DNA of 64,000 nt, taken from the NCBI GenBank assembly GCA_030265395.1, contig JARFYF010000012.1, positions 25,095,174-25,159,173 on the forward strand, given 5' to 3'. This DNA comes from Rhina ancylostomus (lineage: Eukaryota). The position numbers were made by a program, and so were the translations under genes. Below the pieces are notes generated by a model. It saw nothing but the letters and a program-made list of their open reading frames with translations. It was not told the origin of the DNA and did no database searches. Numbering within the stretch: position 1 is the first letter of the stretch; each line of letters opens with the position of its first letter. Shown here in pieces: positions 39,031-53,571 of the stretch.

Positions 39031-42000
39031 TACAAGTCATTTGAAAATAGATTATTGTAAAGGAATACAATTGACTGCAAGTGAGAACTAATGCCAGTAA
39101 TAATGACCCTTGGCTCTGATTACTAACCTTGATTAAATGAAACGTCTCAGCAGCACGTTTCTGCTAAAATATTCTGGAATATTTTTACCATAATGTGTAA
39201 AAAGTATTAGTGTACCACTAATATAGTCTTACAAATATAAACATACATTTTAAGAAAAGTATTTAGTCCTTTGGAATTAATGCTGCATTATTAACCAATA
39301 ACATAACCCCACGATATCATCAATTTCAATGCCCTTAAAATAACCTTGTGTACCATATTCTTTCAGTCAAGTCAATTAGTTCAACTTTCATAATTAACTT
39401 TGAAATTTGTAGTTTTTTTGCAAACCATTGAAACACGTTTGTCTGTAGCATGTTCATAATAATACAACCAATAATTTTAATCAATGTTGAAATTAGTATT
39501 AGTATTAGAAAATATAAACATCCATACAACATTTTGCATTCTATTTAATAGATTAAGTTAATTCAATTGTACTGATTTTGGTGCAGTAATGCCACTACTG
39601 TTCTTATTATCAATTTTAATGCAGTTATTATAATGGAAGCTAAATATAGCAATAAAGCTGAATGCAGGATCTTTGAGAGAATTACAGCATGGTGTACTTT
39701 GCTACCATAGTCTGAATTGTCTGTGGGAAATAAACTAATGTAGGTTGATTGCACCAATAATCATTATTAGTCTTAAAAAATGGAGTTTGTTATTATAGAT
39801 GAAAACTTTCCACTTTCTAATTAAATTAAACTATCAAGATCTGTGGTAGTTATTTGCTAAGTAGGTTCTAGGTCAGGGAGAACATCAGAGTACATAGATC
39901 TGTGGTAATGCTGCACGAGGAGCTTGGGGCCAGTAGCCGATGAGCACAATTCATAGGTGCTGTTGGTACTAATAGAGGATTGCGCATGTAGTTTCCTATG
40001 CCCATGCAGAGAGCTGGTAAATTCTCAGTGTTCTGAGAGGACAAGCAGGAACATTCACGTTTTCAAAATGAACCAACCAAGTACACTTGGAAACTCGTAG
40101 CAACACTGCAACACTGTACCTGGCATGAGCTTCATTTTATATTTTCATTCTTCATTTCACCTATGCCTACAAATTGTCATTTTAAAAATACTTCTTTTTT
40201 TCTTTTGTTTGACACAACTGTTTTTATTCTGTAGTTTTCAGGTAGCTAAATAAACTAACTCTGTTTTTGTAATCTGTGTCTGTTAGAATTTCCCGGTAAT
40301 CTCAGTTTCCTTTCTCTAAGGTCTGTTTGACTGAAAAATTTATTTATTGCCACAAGCTGGTATGAAGTGATCATTAAATCAGAAACACCAGCCTAAAGAT
40401 TCTGGCGTTAGACACATTCAAAAGTGAGCCTTGGGCTTCATTTCCCTACAAAAGGGCCTTGAGAAATGCATGCAGCTTCAATGCAAGTAGGTTCAGGGGA
40501 TAAGATGATTTGTGCACCAGATGGAGAGGGAGAGATACTTGGATGGAGGAAGTGCAGGATGGTGGGTGGAGGTCAGTCTGACGCAGCAGCAACACATGGA
40601 ATTGTCAGGGGGATTCACTGTAGATCAAGAACAAGGCAAAAGTGACAACTGGTTGATGACCAGTTTCCTGAACTGAGATCTTGATTAGCTTATTTAACGT
40701 GTCTAACTCATGATTTTTGGCAAGTGCCACAAGCACTCGAAAACTATTGGCTTTCAATTTGACAGCTGTTGCACTTCTGGATAGAGATGGGATACTCTTG
40801 ATCATACACAAATATTGGCTGCCTGCAGCCTATACTTAATTTTAACTAGTGAAAAAGCAGACATCTTAACCTTCCTTCTGAAGAAGGTTCACATCCAAAA
40901 ACACCATCACTGTTGTCTGACCAGTTATGTATTTTCAGCTTCTTTTTGTTTTGATTTCAGATTTCCAGTTTTTGTGTTTTATTTTTCCCCCACTGGCACA
41001 TTTGCTAACTACAAAGTGGAAACACCATAATCATCAAATAAAACAACAAAATATTAATTTTAGTATTAAACCAACAACATATGTGTTACTCGTTAAATTA
41101 CTGACTATCTTTTTTCCTGAAGAAAATTGTAATTAATTTCAGATGTTTTGGGCATGGCATTACACCACAATATAAAACTTGAGCTGGGTTTTGATCGAGC
41201 TCGGATTAACATGCTAAGAAAAGAAAAGCCACCTTTGGCAGGAAAGCACTTTATCAAGGGTGGTGTTAAAACCACTTTGTCTTAATAATGCCAAGCGCAA
41301 GTGACATTTCTACTAAGCAATACCATGCCTTTTTTTTCAGGATCGTTTAGCACATGTAAAAAGACAAAGGAGAATTGAATTACTGAATTATTTTACTTTT
41401 TTAAAATCTACTTAAGAATAGTAAAATAGATAGAATAACATTTTACAAATATGAACTATCTTCTTATGGTATTGAAGTTCAGAATGCTTTTATCCCAGCT
41501 ATTTATCATATTATCACAATTGTCATTGAGTAACAATTATCTAAGGAAGCATTTGTTTTTCATTGTCATTTCAAAGCATTCTTCAATGGCAATGAATTTC
41601 CTCTGCTAAAATAGAATGAAAATTAGAGTAAAACCTATTTAAATCATGATTGGATACCCAAGACTTAAACATAACTTTTAATAGTATGGTTACTTATAGT
41701 TGCATGTTTTAGATTTATACAGATGTTTCATAATATTTAAATATGCATTGTTATTAAAAATGCAGTGACTAAAATATCTTTATCAGTTAACTCCTGTTCT
41801 CATTTTTGTGTACCATTTTCTGTAAAGTTGTTTAAACTTGCAGGAACCTTTGGCTGATATATGCTGCGTTTCATATCTAATAAAGATCTGCGGTAAAAAA
41901 ACCCTCGTAGTTAGTTGGGAAAAATAAATTTATTCATGTTGGTTATTTTCTTTTTCTCTGGAAAGAACAAGAGAAAATTCTAGCATTTTAAAGGGAGTGA

Positions 42001-42586
42001 TTATTCACTCAGCAGGTGTTGGGTCAATAAAGGGACCATTACATCTTATGCATGAAGCTGTTGGGCAAATGACCAAGTGAATTGTCTAATTCCCATAGCT
42101 GTTATGTGAATGAAACCACCCTCACTTTTATTTCCTAAACTGCTAAAACTCCTGAGAAATGCTGCTTACATAGCAACTAAATAAATAGCCCAATTTTCAG
42201 ACCACGGTTTTAACATTTCTGTTGACTGCTTGAAGCATTTAAAGAATATTATATATTTTTGAGTGGGGAAAGCTTTTGTATTTTAACATTTAATATTTAA
42301 AAACATGTTAAAATACCTACCAAGAATTGAAAAACAAGATGTGGTATCTTTAGCATTTAACTTTATTTCAATATTCCAATAAAGGGTTAGCAACATTCTG
42401 TTTTCCTGGACTAAGTTTAATGGGGAAAATTAATTTCTCATGGCTACCTGACAGGAAATAAATTGGTTTTAGAGGTTTAAATTTAAGTAATTTTTAAATG
42501 CTGAGTTATCTACAGGTTTGCTGTAATTGAGAAAATCATGAAACATCACATGCATAATAAAAGCACATCACTTAAATTCTGTGAGA

Positions 42587-42600
42587 CTGCCATCTACTGG
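42587..42600 (-). promoter_or_regulatory. CTCF core motif
   Basis: Minus strand CCAGTAGATGGCAG matches the consensus CCASYAGRKGGCRS at 14/14 positions. Motif only; binding not shown. Confidence 0.5.
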
Positions 42601-45600
42601 AATTTAGTTTGGACGTGTTAAAATTTCCTCTCCTGAAACATAAAGTGACACTTAGATAGCTGGTCTCAAAATCTGCCATACAATGAACTTGACATAATAT
42701 TTGTGCAAGTCAAAAATAGTAAGATAGAACAACTATATATTTTTGCATAGTAAGTCCTGAGATTCAAATCATTGTTGTGGAACTGTTAAGCACAGAGAAA
42801 CATAAAACTCAACATAACAGCGAAAGGTAACACCAATGAAAAATATTTTGTTGTTTGAGGAAACATATATATTAACAAGCTAAAGGAGCAGAAGGCCATG
42901 GTAAGCAACTTCCTTTACAGATTCTATTCCTACTCTGTTTCTTGCTCTTGGTAAGAACAAAAAAACTTTTAAATTCAAAACTTTTTCTTTTAGCGGTTCT
43001 CCTTTACAGATCACAAGGCCTTTTCTTTATTTCAAAGAGCGTTTATCTCTCCTATTCCTTGATTCTTTCATCCCATTACCTTGTTCATCTGAACTGCCTA
43101 ATATGAGATGTGGAGCTGATAATTCACTGTCCTTTTGGCTTATATTGTTACGCTGGTGGGAATGAGCGAGGAGGACCTTAAATTGGACCTGAATCTGAAT
43201 ACCCTGGGTTCTGACCTTATATCAGGTGGGCCTTTAGGGATCAGAGTTTTACAACAGTAGGAATCCCCACCACCCATGGTGGCATGGGGTTCCTAAGTAT
43301 ATCAGGCTGCTGATTGCCAACTAGAGGCTGCAGTTATAGATCACTACTTGGACCCCAGAGCTTTAAAAGTATATATTTAACATCAACCTCCACCCAATCG
43401 ACTCACAACCCAATCACTCATCACCAGTACTGCCTTACAATGGGGACCAGTATGATTCTATCTCATCCATTTCAGGCAGAAGATCTTAATGTACCCCACA
43501 CTCTGAACCAGCATCGTTTACCATCACATGTTTGGTCAGGACCTATGTACACCAAAGTTTGTCCCTAACAGTGTGGTTAACCCTGAGCATTATACACAGT
43601 AGGAATCTATATTATGACCGCACAAAGCCCTCTAGCATCTGCATTGGATATGTCCCAGATTGGTTCCCTGCAGATGTTCATCCCCTTTGAGCATCAATCA
43701 TTTATTTATGAATGGAAGGTACCATGACTGGAATTGATGTCAACTGCCTGGTTTCCAATGCAGAGTCACTGTGACAGAGGTAGAATGCTGGCTAAATTCC
43801 CCCCTCTCTATGTCAGAAGCATAAAGGCCAATTATAGTGCTCTGTCTACCCCGGCTGAGATCAGACAAATTCAAATTCAATATGGGCCATGGATAAAGAC
43901 GGCAATCTTTATGATGTTTCAGTTGGTGATTAGACTTCCCTTTTATATGTGAGTTCACTATTTTCTGTCTGCTTACTTCCATGTTTTACAAAAATCTATG
44001 CCTACTTTTTCTTTCTTTCCCTACTTCTGGTTCTCTAACTCTGTGTCACATTCCTTTGGCTTTTCATGTAATTCCCAAGACAGATCTTTATTTATTTGCT
44101 TCATTGTTTTTTTAATTAGTGCAATTTATTAGTTCACTGTCTGNNNNNNNNNNNCCTAGTTTCTCTATTGAATAGTACCTTTTTAAATGATCCCCAAACT
44201 CTACCTTTGTGCACCATTTAACTCTGTCAATCACTATCTTCACCATTTCTGGTTGCATCCCTGAAATCAACATATCTCGAGTTACTCACTGATAACATGT
44301 ACATGTTGCTGGCATTACTTGAAGTTATGACAGCTGCAGATGCTCTAACCAATACAACTGTATTGAATTACAGAGATTTTAGAATTTATTCTTTATTTGA
44401 ACACTGCTGGAAATTACTCCAACATTAATGACAAAATATCACATTTGCATTAACCGCATTAAAATGTTCCCAATGAATGTTCAATTTAGAATTTTTTTAT
44501 TATAGCAACAGTAGGCCTCAAAAATAGCAATTCTAACCATTTAGAAATTAATAGATAAAATAGATTTTATGGAAAAATAGAGCAAAATTACTTGAAAAAA
44601 ATTATCACAAATGAAAACGATAATGCATTTGGGTTTTGTCAGTTGTGTTTTATAAATCTAGCACTAGAATGTTGTTGCTTCTGCTTTAATTGACAGCCAT
44701 GGGAAGGAAACAGAAACACTTAGTCCTCATACTTTTCAAATTAGATTATCATCACAATGAAATTCAGGTTAAATTACTGAAAACCATATGCAAATTTTTA
44801 TACATTATTTACAATTGTGTGATTATCTGTGCCTATTTTAACCTACACATTTGGAGTTTAAGCCTGATTTAAAAATATATATCTGGAAGCTTTTATATTG
44901 ATTTTAATAATAAAAACTCTGGATGTTTACTGCCAATTATATTCGTTCCCAACCTGTCACTGTATTGAATCTGTGGCCAATTTTATTTCCTACAAGTTTA
45001 CAATATTAAGAGGATAAATATGACAGCTTCTAGTGCATGATTATGTATACATTTTAACAGTTCTCCTGTATAATTAGTGCCTTCATGGCTTTCCTAGAGT
45101 GAAAAATGTAACTGTAATTTGATGAAATTATTTTTGCATAATACTTGTTGTTAATGTAGTTTCTGAAACAAAAGCTTCATGGCAGTAATAATTACTCACG
45201 TTATCAGTGGGCATTATTCACTAAATTAGACCGGTGGTGGCATTCCAAGGATCATATCCTTGCTTTATTGGGGGTAATGTGTATTCATTTACTTCTATAT
45301 AGGAAGCAATTTAAATTAAAAGTTCCTAACACTTGTGGTTTTATTAGTTTTTAAAGTCTATTAGTAATTGATAGCACATTTAAATAATGTGTGACTTTGT
45401 GAAATTGTAAGGGATCAATCTTCAGGACATGTTGCAATGACTTATTTTAAAATCTTACTGTAGGGTGACTTTTGTTCTGCTATTAATTGCATTACAGAGC
45501 TGGCTATTGATTCCATGCCTTAGTAATTAATAAAACAAGTTGTTGTTCAATAGCATCAAAATGTTTTGAAGAAATTGAAACATAAAAATGTTTATTTATA

Positions 45601-47949
45601 CAAATGTATAGTTAATGCATTTATCTTTCTTTGCTGCTTTTATTTTGCACTTCTTGTCAATATATTAGCAATCAATTTGATTTCCATTAATCTATAGTTG
45701 CCTTCGCAAAGGAAGTTTTTTCGGTTGCTCAGTACTTGATGAAAAAGTTTCCCCAAAGAGCTGGCAATGAAAAACCTCAGTAATTGTCTGTATTATATGG
45801 ATCATTGACCTTGAACACTGGAACTGTGTAACCGACTGTCCATTTATCTGGAAAATTACCACATGGCAAGATCAGATTAGACAGTTTTACAAGATTTGCT
45901 ACAGCAACTGCTAGTTTATTATTAGATACCGGACCTTACCAATCCCACCCCCTCCCCTACATTGTATTGCCCCTTAACTAACCTGAGGTCAAGCATTGAT
46001 TATATGTTGTAAGACGATCCTGTTAACCCTTTGTATCCTGCTTTTCCATCTTGATATGAACACCATGCAATTTTATCTGTCATAAAATAAAAAAGAAAGT
46101 ATTTTGCCTACTTATTAGGTCTACTGCACAATATGGCATGTATGTTAACTGCTTGAGAGGAAGGTGAACAATCCATCCCACATCCAACACTGAAGCTGTA
46201 CCTGACAAGTTGACTCTTTCTTTGGGTTATGTCCTGTTTTCTGCAGAGTGTCAATGGCTGAGATTCACTGTGAGGATTTGTAGGAACAAACTTGTATTGT
46301 AAAATTTGCAGCATATGAGAGACCCATGCCACAAAGTACATTGATATTTTCAAAATAATTATTGATAAGGATTATTAATTTAATAAACAAACATCTGAAA
46401 GTTAATGCAAGCCAAATTAGACAAACAAGATGTAAGAGTATACATCAGAGACCTCCTGATTAGAAATGGGCAGCACCCCAAAACTGAGGGGCAACAACCT
46501 CCCAGGACAATGGTATTCCCTCCCTGAGCCCAATTCTGGATGTGCAGAAGAGCTCTGCAGCATGTGAAAACCTCATGTAAATTATTAGGCAGCATTTTTG
46601 TTCTNNNNNNNNNNNNNNNNNNNNNNNNNNNNNNNNNNNNNNNNNNNNNNNNNNNNNNNNNNNNNNNNNNNNNNNNNNNNNNNNNNNNNNNNNNNNNNNN
46701 NNNNATTTTTGTTCTGTTCCTGGCAGGGTGTGAAGCATACAGTGACAATCCTGAAAATGAATTCCACTTTGAGGACTTATAGGAAATCTGTACCAGACCA
46801 GAAACATAGTGGGGGAACTGTTGTTCATTCTCTTATGCGCCTTCATCAACCCCAACACTGCCCCACTACCCAGCACTGCCTGTCTCCTCCCGCAGCCTTC
46901 CATCAAGATCTCACCTCACCATGCAGATTGGATTCTCATCAGCTTTGAGACTGGCAGTCTCATTGCATTATAGAATGCATTGTCTGACCACCTCCCTCAG
47001 TCCCAAGGCAAATCAGGTCCAGTTTTGTGCACATGTGGACTGGACACACACCCAGCTAAAATGTTTAACTGACTGAGCCTGGATTCAGCTCTGGAGAGAA
47101 AACTACCTCAAATATTAACTAGCACAATAGTGACAGTAGTTAATGGTCAACAATCAGTTAATTTAATGATGTACAAATATAAGATAGTTAATACCATTAC
47201 TCTAAAGTCCACATGGACATCAGGCGGGAACCAGATTGTTTTTGGCTTCAATGCTCGTACAACCTGGTAGCTATCTGGAGCTCTCTATGTTCAGTGCTCC
47301 AACATGAAGAATGACAATTTGAGCAATGTACTTGAGTAAGTAACAGCAGTGCCTGGAGTGGTTTTCTAGCAAGGAGTCAATACATTCTGGAAACAAAGCA
47401 AAATAAGGGAGGGAAACTTGGGGTGTGGATCTGAAGGAATGATGTAATAACTGATATTAAATTATTATGATTTTATGATGGGAATTTAAGATAGAAAGGT
47501 TTATTTTCATGGGGAGGTTGAGTTGGTTAGGTTTTAGCAACCAGTATATTTTTAAGCACACTTGAAGCAGGTCTAATATAAGTTGGATTCAAAAAAATAA
47601 AACTTTTTCACATTGTTCAAACAACAGGGTTTCACCACAATCAGAATCACATTTATATCAGACAAATGTAATTTTTTTTCATTTCCTCAGTGAATAGTCC
47701 TTACAACCTTTCCAAGTGATACCAAGATACCAAGGATTTTATTTTGCCATGGATTTAAGACCGTGAGTAACTGTGCTAAAGAAAGAAATGTACAAGCAAT
47801 TAGAATCAAGAGCTAGAATCCCAGGGCTCAACAGCTGCCCATGGGCCACAGATCACAACGTGGACATCCTAACTTTAAAGACAGCGGAAAGGAATTAATA
47901 CTTGATGAAGTTAAGACTAAATGACAATTTTCACCATGCACCCTCCATG

Positions 47950-48860
47950 GTACACTTGTCTCTGAGTTGGGGAAGTCTGTGGGTTAAAATCCCATTCTGT
48001 GGACTTAATCACAAACTCTAGGATGACTATATGAGTGCAGTACTGTGGGAGGGCCAGGCTTTTAGATCTTCCAACCTTTTCAATGAGATCTGAAACCAAA
48101 ATCTGAAAGTGCACTCACAGATGGAGAGGAAAAAATCATTATTTCAGGGAGAACAGTGGAGGAGAGCTCCCTCATGTCCTGGCCTATTTATATTTAAAAC
48201 AAAATTACTAAAAGAGCTTGACACCATCCAGGGCAACACAGTCAATTTGACTGGTACCTCATCTGCCACCTTCAGCTTTAATTCCCTCCACCACAATCAT
48301 ATAGAAGTTGGACAGTGTACCATCAACAAACTGCACTGCATTTACTGACCTGGCTACTCAAACAGCATCTCCCAAACCTGCAAGGTCTACAACTGTGAAA
48401 GACAAGGCAGTGGGTACATGTGAATACCACCACCTGCATGTTCTGTCCAAGTTGTATGCAATCTCAGAAGACTGACTTGAAAGTGTATCACCAATTCTTC
48501 ATCATTGCTAGATCTAAATGGTGGAATTCCCTACCCAATAGTATTGTGGAGTTCCTTCACTGGAAGGATTGCAGTAGTTCAAGAACACGGCTCACCACCA
48601 CCTTCTCCAGGGCAATTAAGGATGAGTAATAAATGCTGGCCTTAATAGTGATGCACACACCCCAAGAATGAATAAATAAATAAATCAAAAGCTGAATTGG
48701 CCATGAATACATTGTTATATGTGGGAAGATGGTTAGGTATGAACTGGCACAGTACAAATGCAATTTTAAGAGAGTTCCTTTTGGAGTACTTAATTGTTTG
48801 TCAAGTGATTAGTAATACCATGAGAATATAAAAGGTGCCATGTAAACGATTGTCTCTCCT
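47950..48860 (+). mobile_element. DeuSINE-like SINE split by a CR1-group LINE 3' fragment (~48225-48685)
   Basis: SINE head and Deu domain at 47960-48200. LINE 3' end (cttgacaccatccagggc...ggcaattaaggatgagtaataaatgctggcc...gaatgaataaataaa). SINE tail resumes at ~48770-48855. Confidence 0.65.
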
Positions 48861-49059
48861 CCATCCAGTGTGTGATCCCTTCTTTTCAATGTCAGAACCA
48901 GATGGAAGAACATCTGACCAAACATGTCAGAACCTTATTAGAATTTGATAATGCATATTTCACCAACTCTACAATATTTTTCTTATACTAATATTTTTTA
49001 AAAATTTACTTTCTCATATAAGTAAGAGCACTGATGGAAAGGTGATTATATATTGCTCA

Positions 49060-49370
49060 TCTCTAAATGAGCTTGAACTGAGTGGCTTGTTAGGTAATAT
49101 CAGAAGGCAGCCAAGAGTCAACACATTGTTATTGGTCTGTGCTTACATATATGCCAGGCCTGGTGAGAATGGCAGATTTCCTTTGCCAAAGGACATCAGT
49201 GAACCAGATGGGTTTTTACGACAATCTGGTAGTTTCATGATCACCATTGCTGACTGTAGCTTTTTATTCCAGGTTTTATTTAATTAACTGAATTTAAATC
49301 CCCTTGCTGCCATGCTGGGATTCAAACTCATGTCTCTGGATCATTTGTCCAGGCATGTGAATTACCAGGC
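49060..49370 (-). mobile_element. tRNA-derived SINE of a common elasmobranch family
   Basis: ggcagatttcctttgccaaaggacatcagtgaaccagatgggtttttacgacaatc...gctgggattcaaactc (reverse of a B box). Confidence 0.7.
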
Positions 49371-50559
49371 GCTGTTGGAGAAAATAACATTTTATTTTGA
49401 ATTTTAGTGATGTGTGCCTATATTACTTATCTATAGACTCCCCAATAATCACATTGCATCAACAGAACTCAATCATTGATGTAGTTTGAATGAAGACTTC
49501 TTCCACTTCAATATTCATCTGATATTCTAGTGCAATTGCATACATTTGTTTGAGTAACTTCTCTGCCTCATAATATTTTGTATATTTGAAGCCTTTTAAG
49601 GTATTTCCTCAACTGTTCTTATAGCTCTTTAATACAATAAGTTTTATTCTTGGATATTCTTGACTAGTATTTGTATTCCAACTGTGGATTATTGCTTGAT
49701 AAACTTCAAATGATACAATCACAATTTGTAAGTGTTCAGCATGACCATGTGATAAGTGCAGTACCAAACCATGACCGCCTACATGTGCCATTAAATGTGA
49801 ATTGACAACATAATGAAAGTACCCCCACGAGTCCCACAATACATTTCCGGAGAAAAGATTTGTGGGAGCGATTTCAACCAATACTTCACTTTGCTCCTGT
49901 GCTTTGTAACTTAAATTGTATCATTGGATGTATTAACTCATATCCTGAAACTTGTAATGCTTTGCTTATGGAAGACACATTGGTTATTTGTAAACATTGT
50001 CCTGTTGTAGCTCATTTTCGAATATACTATTTATACGATGTGAGTTATTTAACTTTTAGAATGTTCATATTGATGAATGAAATAAAGAAAACAAAGCAGG
50101 AATTAATTTGTGCTGATGATGTACTCCTTTAACGAGAAAATGGTGTGGTTTGATAATGCTATTTTATGCAGTTCTGTCATGAAATGTGAACAACCAAAAC
50201 AAGAGAAAGTTAATGTGCACTGATATAAATTGGCTTTAAATGGTTGGGAACAAATCTGGCCAGAGTGGTAATGACATATGGTTATCATGGATCATTCTAT
50301 TAACAAAATGATTAAAAGCTCCAATGTAATTGAAAAGTATGCAAGGAGCAGAAAATTGCACACAGATGAAATGTAAACTGAGGAGGCCAATAGAATTATC
50401 ACAGTGGAGAGAACAAAAATTCTTTTATTCCACAAAAGTTTCTTTACGTACCTGAATCCACTGAGTGACTTTATCAAGGTCGAAAGCCAGAAACAGAAAA
50501 GAAATGCAATGTGCTTAAATGAGACTGTACTCAACTGAAGGAACAACCCAGCCTCTTGG

Positions 50560-53200
50560 CCCCTATTTGATGGCTGCCTAGAGTGGAGGTGGTGCTGCAG
50601 GCATTAGTTGTGTAGAAGGTTCTTGTATTTGCAGGTATGGTTTCATCATTATAGGTCAGCACTGGAAGGAGTATGAAGCAGATGGAGCACTCCAGCTGAG
50701 AGTTACTGCTACTGGCTGTGCAACCTTATGTCATGTGTTAGCTGCAGGTGTTGTCACAGCAGATGGCAATACTTTGCATCTGACTGTCTAGTGACCAAAA
50801 TTTACTAGTGGGTAATTGGAGAGTTACCCATGGTGATGGTCAGGTAGATGCAATAATGCCTGCAGATACGGTTGCAGCACCATGCTGGGTTCAGCCAATC
50901 AGACTATGCTGGTGATTGATCACTCTGGCATGTCTTCTGAAAATATGATTGTGATTGTTGTGCTTCCAACAAACATCCAATGTTAACACTAACTGGATCT
51001 TCACATCTGACATTTGTGCCACCTACCCTGCTGTCACAACCCACTTTGAGAACTGGAACCTCGACATTCTTTCCCTCAGCAAATGCCCAGAATTTCCTTG
51101 GTGTCCAGAGAGGCTCATTAATCAGTCACTCTATTGTACGCCAGCAAAGGATTTGATTGTGAACCTACCACCTGAACGTTCAGTAGCGTTCAAGGTGCAA
51201 GGTTGTAGCACAACTAAATTGGCCCTATACAAGAAAGTGATGTGCTAATGCAGAGTCCACAAAGGAAATTGGGCAATTCAGGGGCCATTCCAGGAGAATG
51301 TAGAGAGAGGGACCCAATGGTATGGGATAGGGTCAGCTGCCAATGATCAGCGGCACTGGGAATGCAATTGCTGATTGAGGATTGGAGTTGAATGGGGGCT
51401 GTTATCAGTGGTTAAGGTAGGTGATTATTGGTGATAGGGCTGTGGGTTATGTGGGGCTTGGGTTAGGTGACTATTGTAGGGGAGTTTATATTGGGTGATT
51501 GGTGCCTGGTGGGGAATGATGGATGGAATTGAGTCAAGTGATCCCCAAGGAAACCTCAACTATCATTATGATGGAATTTCAATTTCCTGACATTCTGGAC
51601 TGGGAGCCATTTGCTGGAGCACCTTTACATTTGTTTTAGGTTTCTTAACCAATTGTGAGGAGCAGATGAGAGAATGACCAAGTTTAGGCTGTGTATTTAA
51701 GGTGACTTTGGAAACTTGAGATCTGTTGACTTCTGTAGTTGCCTGCATTGCCAATGAAGAGCAAATTTCATTGCAGGTGCTTTAAGACTCTGTGAAGAAC
51801 TGTAGATGCTTTGTCATGCTGGGTCCATAAGGGTGTATAGAGAGTTCACCTTTCCTGCTGACACGAAGAAAAAGCCTTCAACTGACTCCATGGAAGCATG
51901 GTCTGTTTGGTTTCCCTACCTTCGATTCAGCTCCAGATACAGTTTGATGACCTTATCAGATGAAGAAAGGTGAGTACCTCCCATGTGCATTTGAGCAGGG
52001 TGAGGAGGAACCTGCCTTGAGAATGAGAGGCATGAAATCTCAGGCCTTTGTAATGATGGCTTTTCCATGGAAGAATTGGGAGTAGCCATGGAGCTTTGAA
52101 TATGGTAATCCACCAAGCCTTGCTGAGGGCTTGAAAACTATGGACTATACCAGGAATAGGACAGCAGCTATCCCAGTCTGAGCCGTTCAGCACCTCACTG
52201 ACTGAATGCAAAATGCTCAGTTTCTGTCTGTGCTAGTGTGGAAGTGTGGGAAAGACATGATGCTGAGAGCCATGGAAGTGTTAATCACACCTATTCCTTC
52301 CCCACTCATAGTCTGTCAGATGCCACTTAATGACCACTGTCCTGATGGCTGAGTCAATCCTTACACAGGTGCCTTTGCACTAGAGAATGCAGAGACCATT
52401 GTGGCCTCCAAAACCCAGGGGATATGGGCAGGACCATATCAACCATCAGAGAAAGGACTTGAGCAGCCTGCCTCTCCCAAAAAGTGCCAATCACATCACT
52501 TCAGACCATTGGGAAGAGGAAGAGCAAAGTATTGTAGTGGCTTGTGGATATACCCATGAGTTTTTAAACATAATGGTAAAGTGCAAAATTTTCATTGTCT
52601 ACATACCATTTCTTTGTTGAAGTATTTACATCAGTGTTTGTGGGATGGGAGGACGTGAACTGACTTGAAGCAAGGAGAGTTCAACAAGGCATGCATGGTT
52701 CTTTGCAGGACTGCTTTGTATTAGTGATAGTGAGTGAGGCAGAGAAGGGGTTCCATCCAATGTTATCTGAAGACTAACTGATCTTTGCATTTGTTTGTAC
52801 ATCCTGTGCATCCCACTTAGCAATGTGGTGATTCTCCAACACTCACTGAAACTTCGTCTTCCATCTCCTTCTCCTGCTGCCCTACCTTTTGCATCTGAGT
52901 CCAACCAACTCTCACATCTCAGCTATGTTGTGAAGTGCACAGCAGACCACTGCTACTCATGGCATCTTGGCCAGTGCATATTGAAGTGTTCATCCAGCAT
53001 GACTAAGGTACCTAAAGTATATTTTCTGTATCCCAGTGCTTTGCCCTTTGATGAATTTGGGTGATCAAATGGCTATTGTAGCAGTACAGCCACACTTCAT
53101 TGACTGGCATCTTTCATTGATTGATCATTAGCCAGGATGTCAGTCAAAAGCTTTATTCCCCAGCAGTTAGTCCTCAAGACTACTTGGATTGTTAAATAAA
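50560..53200 (+). mobile_element. Possible highly decayed PIF/Harbinger transposon
   Basis: Scattered readings: AGF...VIDHS (~50884-50927), WIFTSDICATYP (ORF 50955) and IQFDDLIR*RKVS with a GTGAGT donor (51937-51975). They recall Harbinger transposase and Myb/SANT partner motifs. No TIRs identified. Confidence 0.35.
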
Positions 53201-53427
53201 TTGATGAGGCAGAGTGTTGCAGGATGAATGCATCACAACAGCTACCCAGGTGTCTTGTCCACACCTGAGGAAATATATTTCTGTGTTTGCAAACTTAGTC
53301 ACGCATTAATAGAATATAATCCTTTCCTATTTATGAGTACTACAGGCTGACCTGGGGGAGCGAAATGAACATAGTCTATCTTTCCCTGCATCTTCAATAG
53401 CAAATCCAAGCACTCCCTTATTCTGAA

Positions 53428-53571
53428 GGAGAAAACGAGCTGCTGGAGGAACTCAGCATGTCAGGCAGCACCTCAGCCCGAAATGTTGACTGTCCATTTT
53501 CCTCCACAGATGCTGCCTGACCCACTTGAGTTCCTCTAGCAGCTTGTTTTTCGCTCCAGATTCCAGCATCT
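53428..53571. mobile_element. Fold-back element, probably derived from Penelope-like element termini
   Basis: Inverted arms at 53431-53470 and 53511-53552 (gctgctggaggaactcagc..gtcaggcagca / tgctgcctgacccacttgagttcctctagcagc). Confidence 0.65.

Noticed and set aside
46590-46720. Direct repeat atttttgttct on both sides of the 100-N gap, and the X-containing ORFs there
   Set aside because: Probably a contig overlap at a placeholder gap, so an assembly artefact rather than a target-site duplication or gene.
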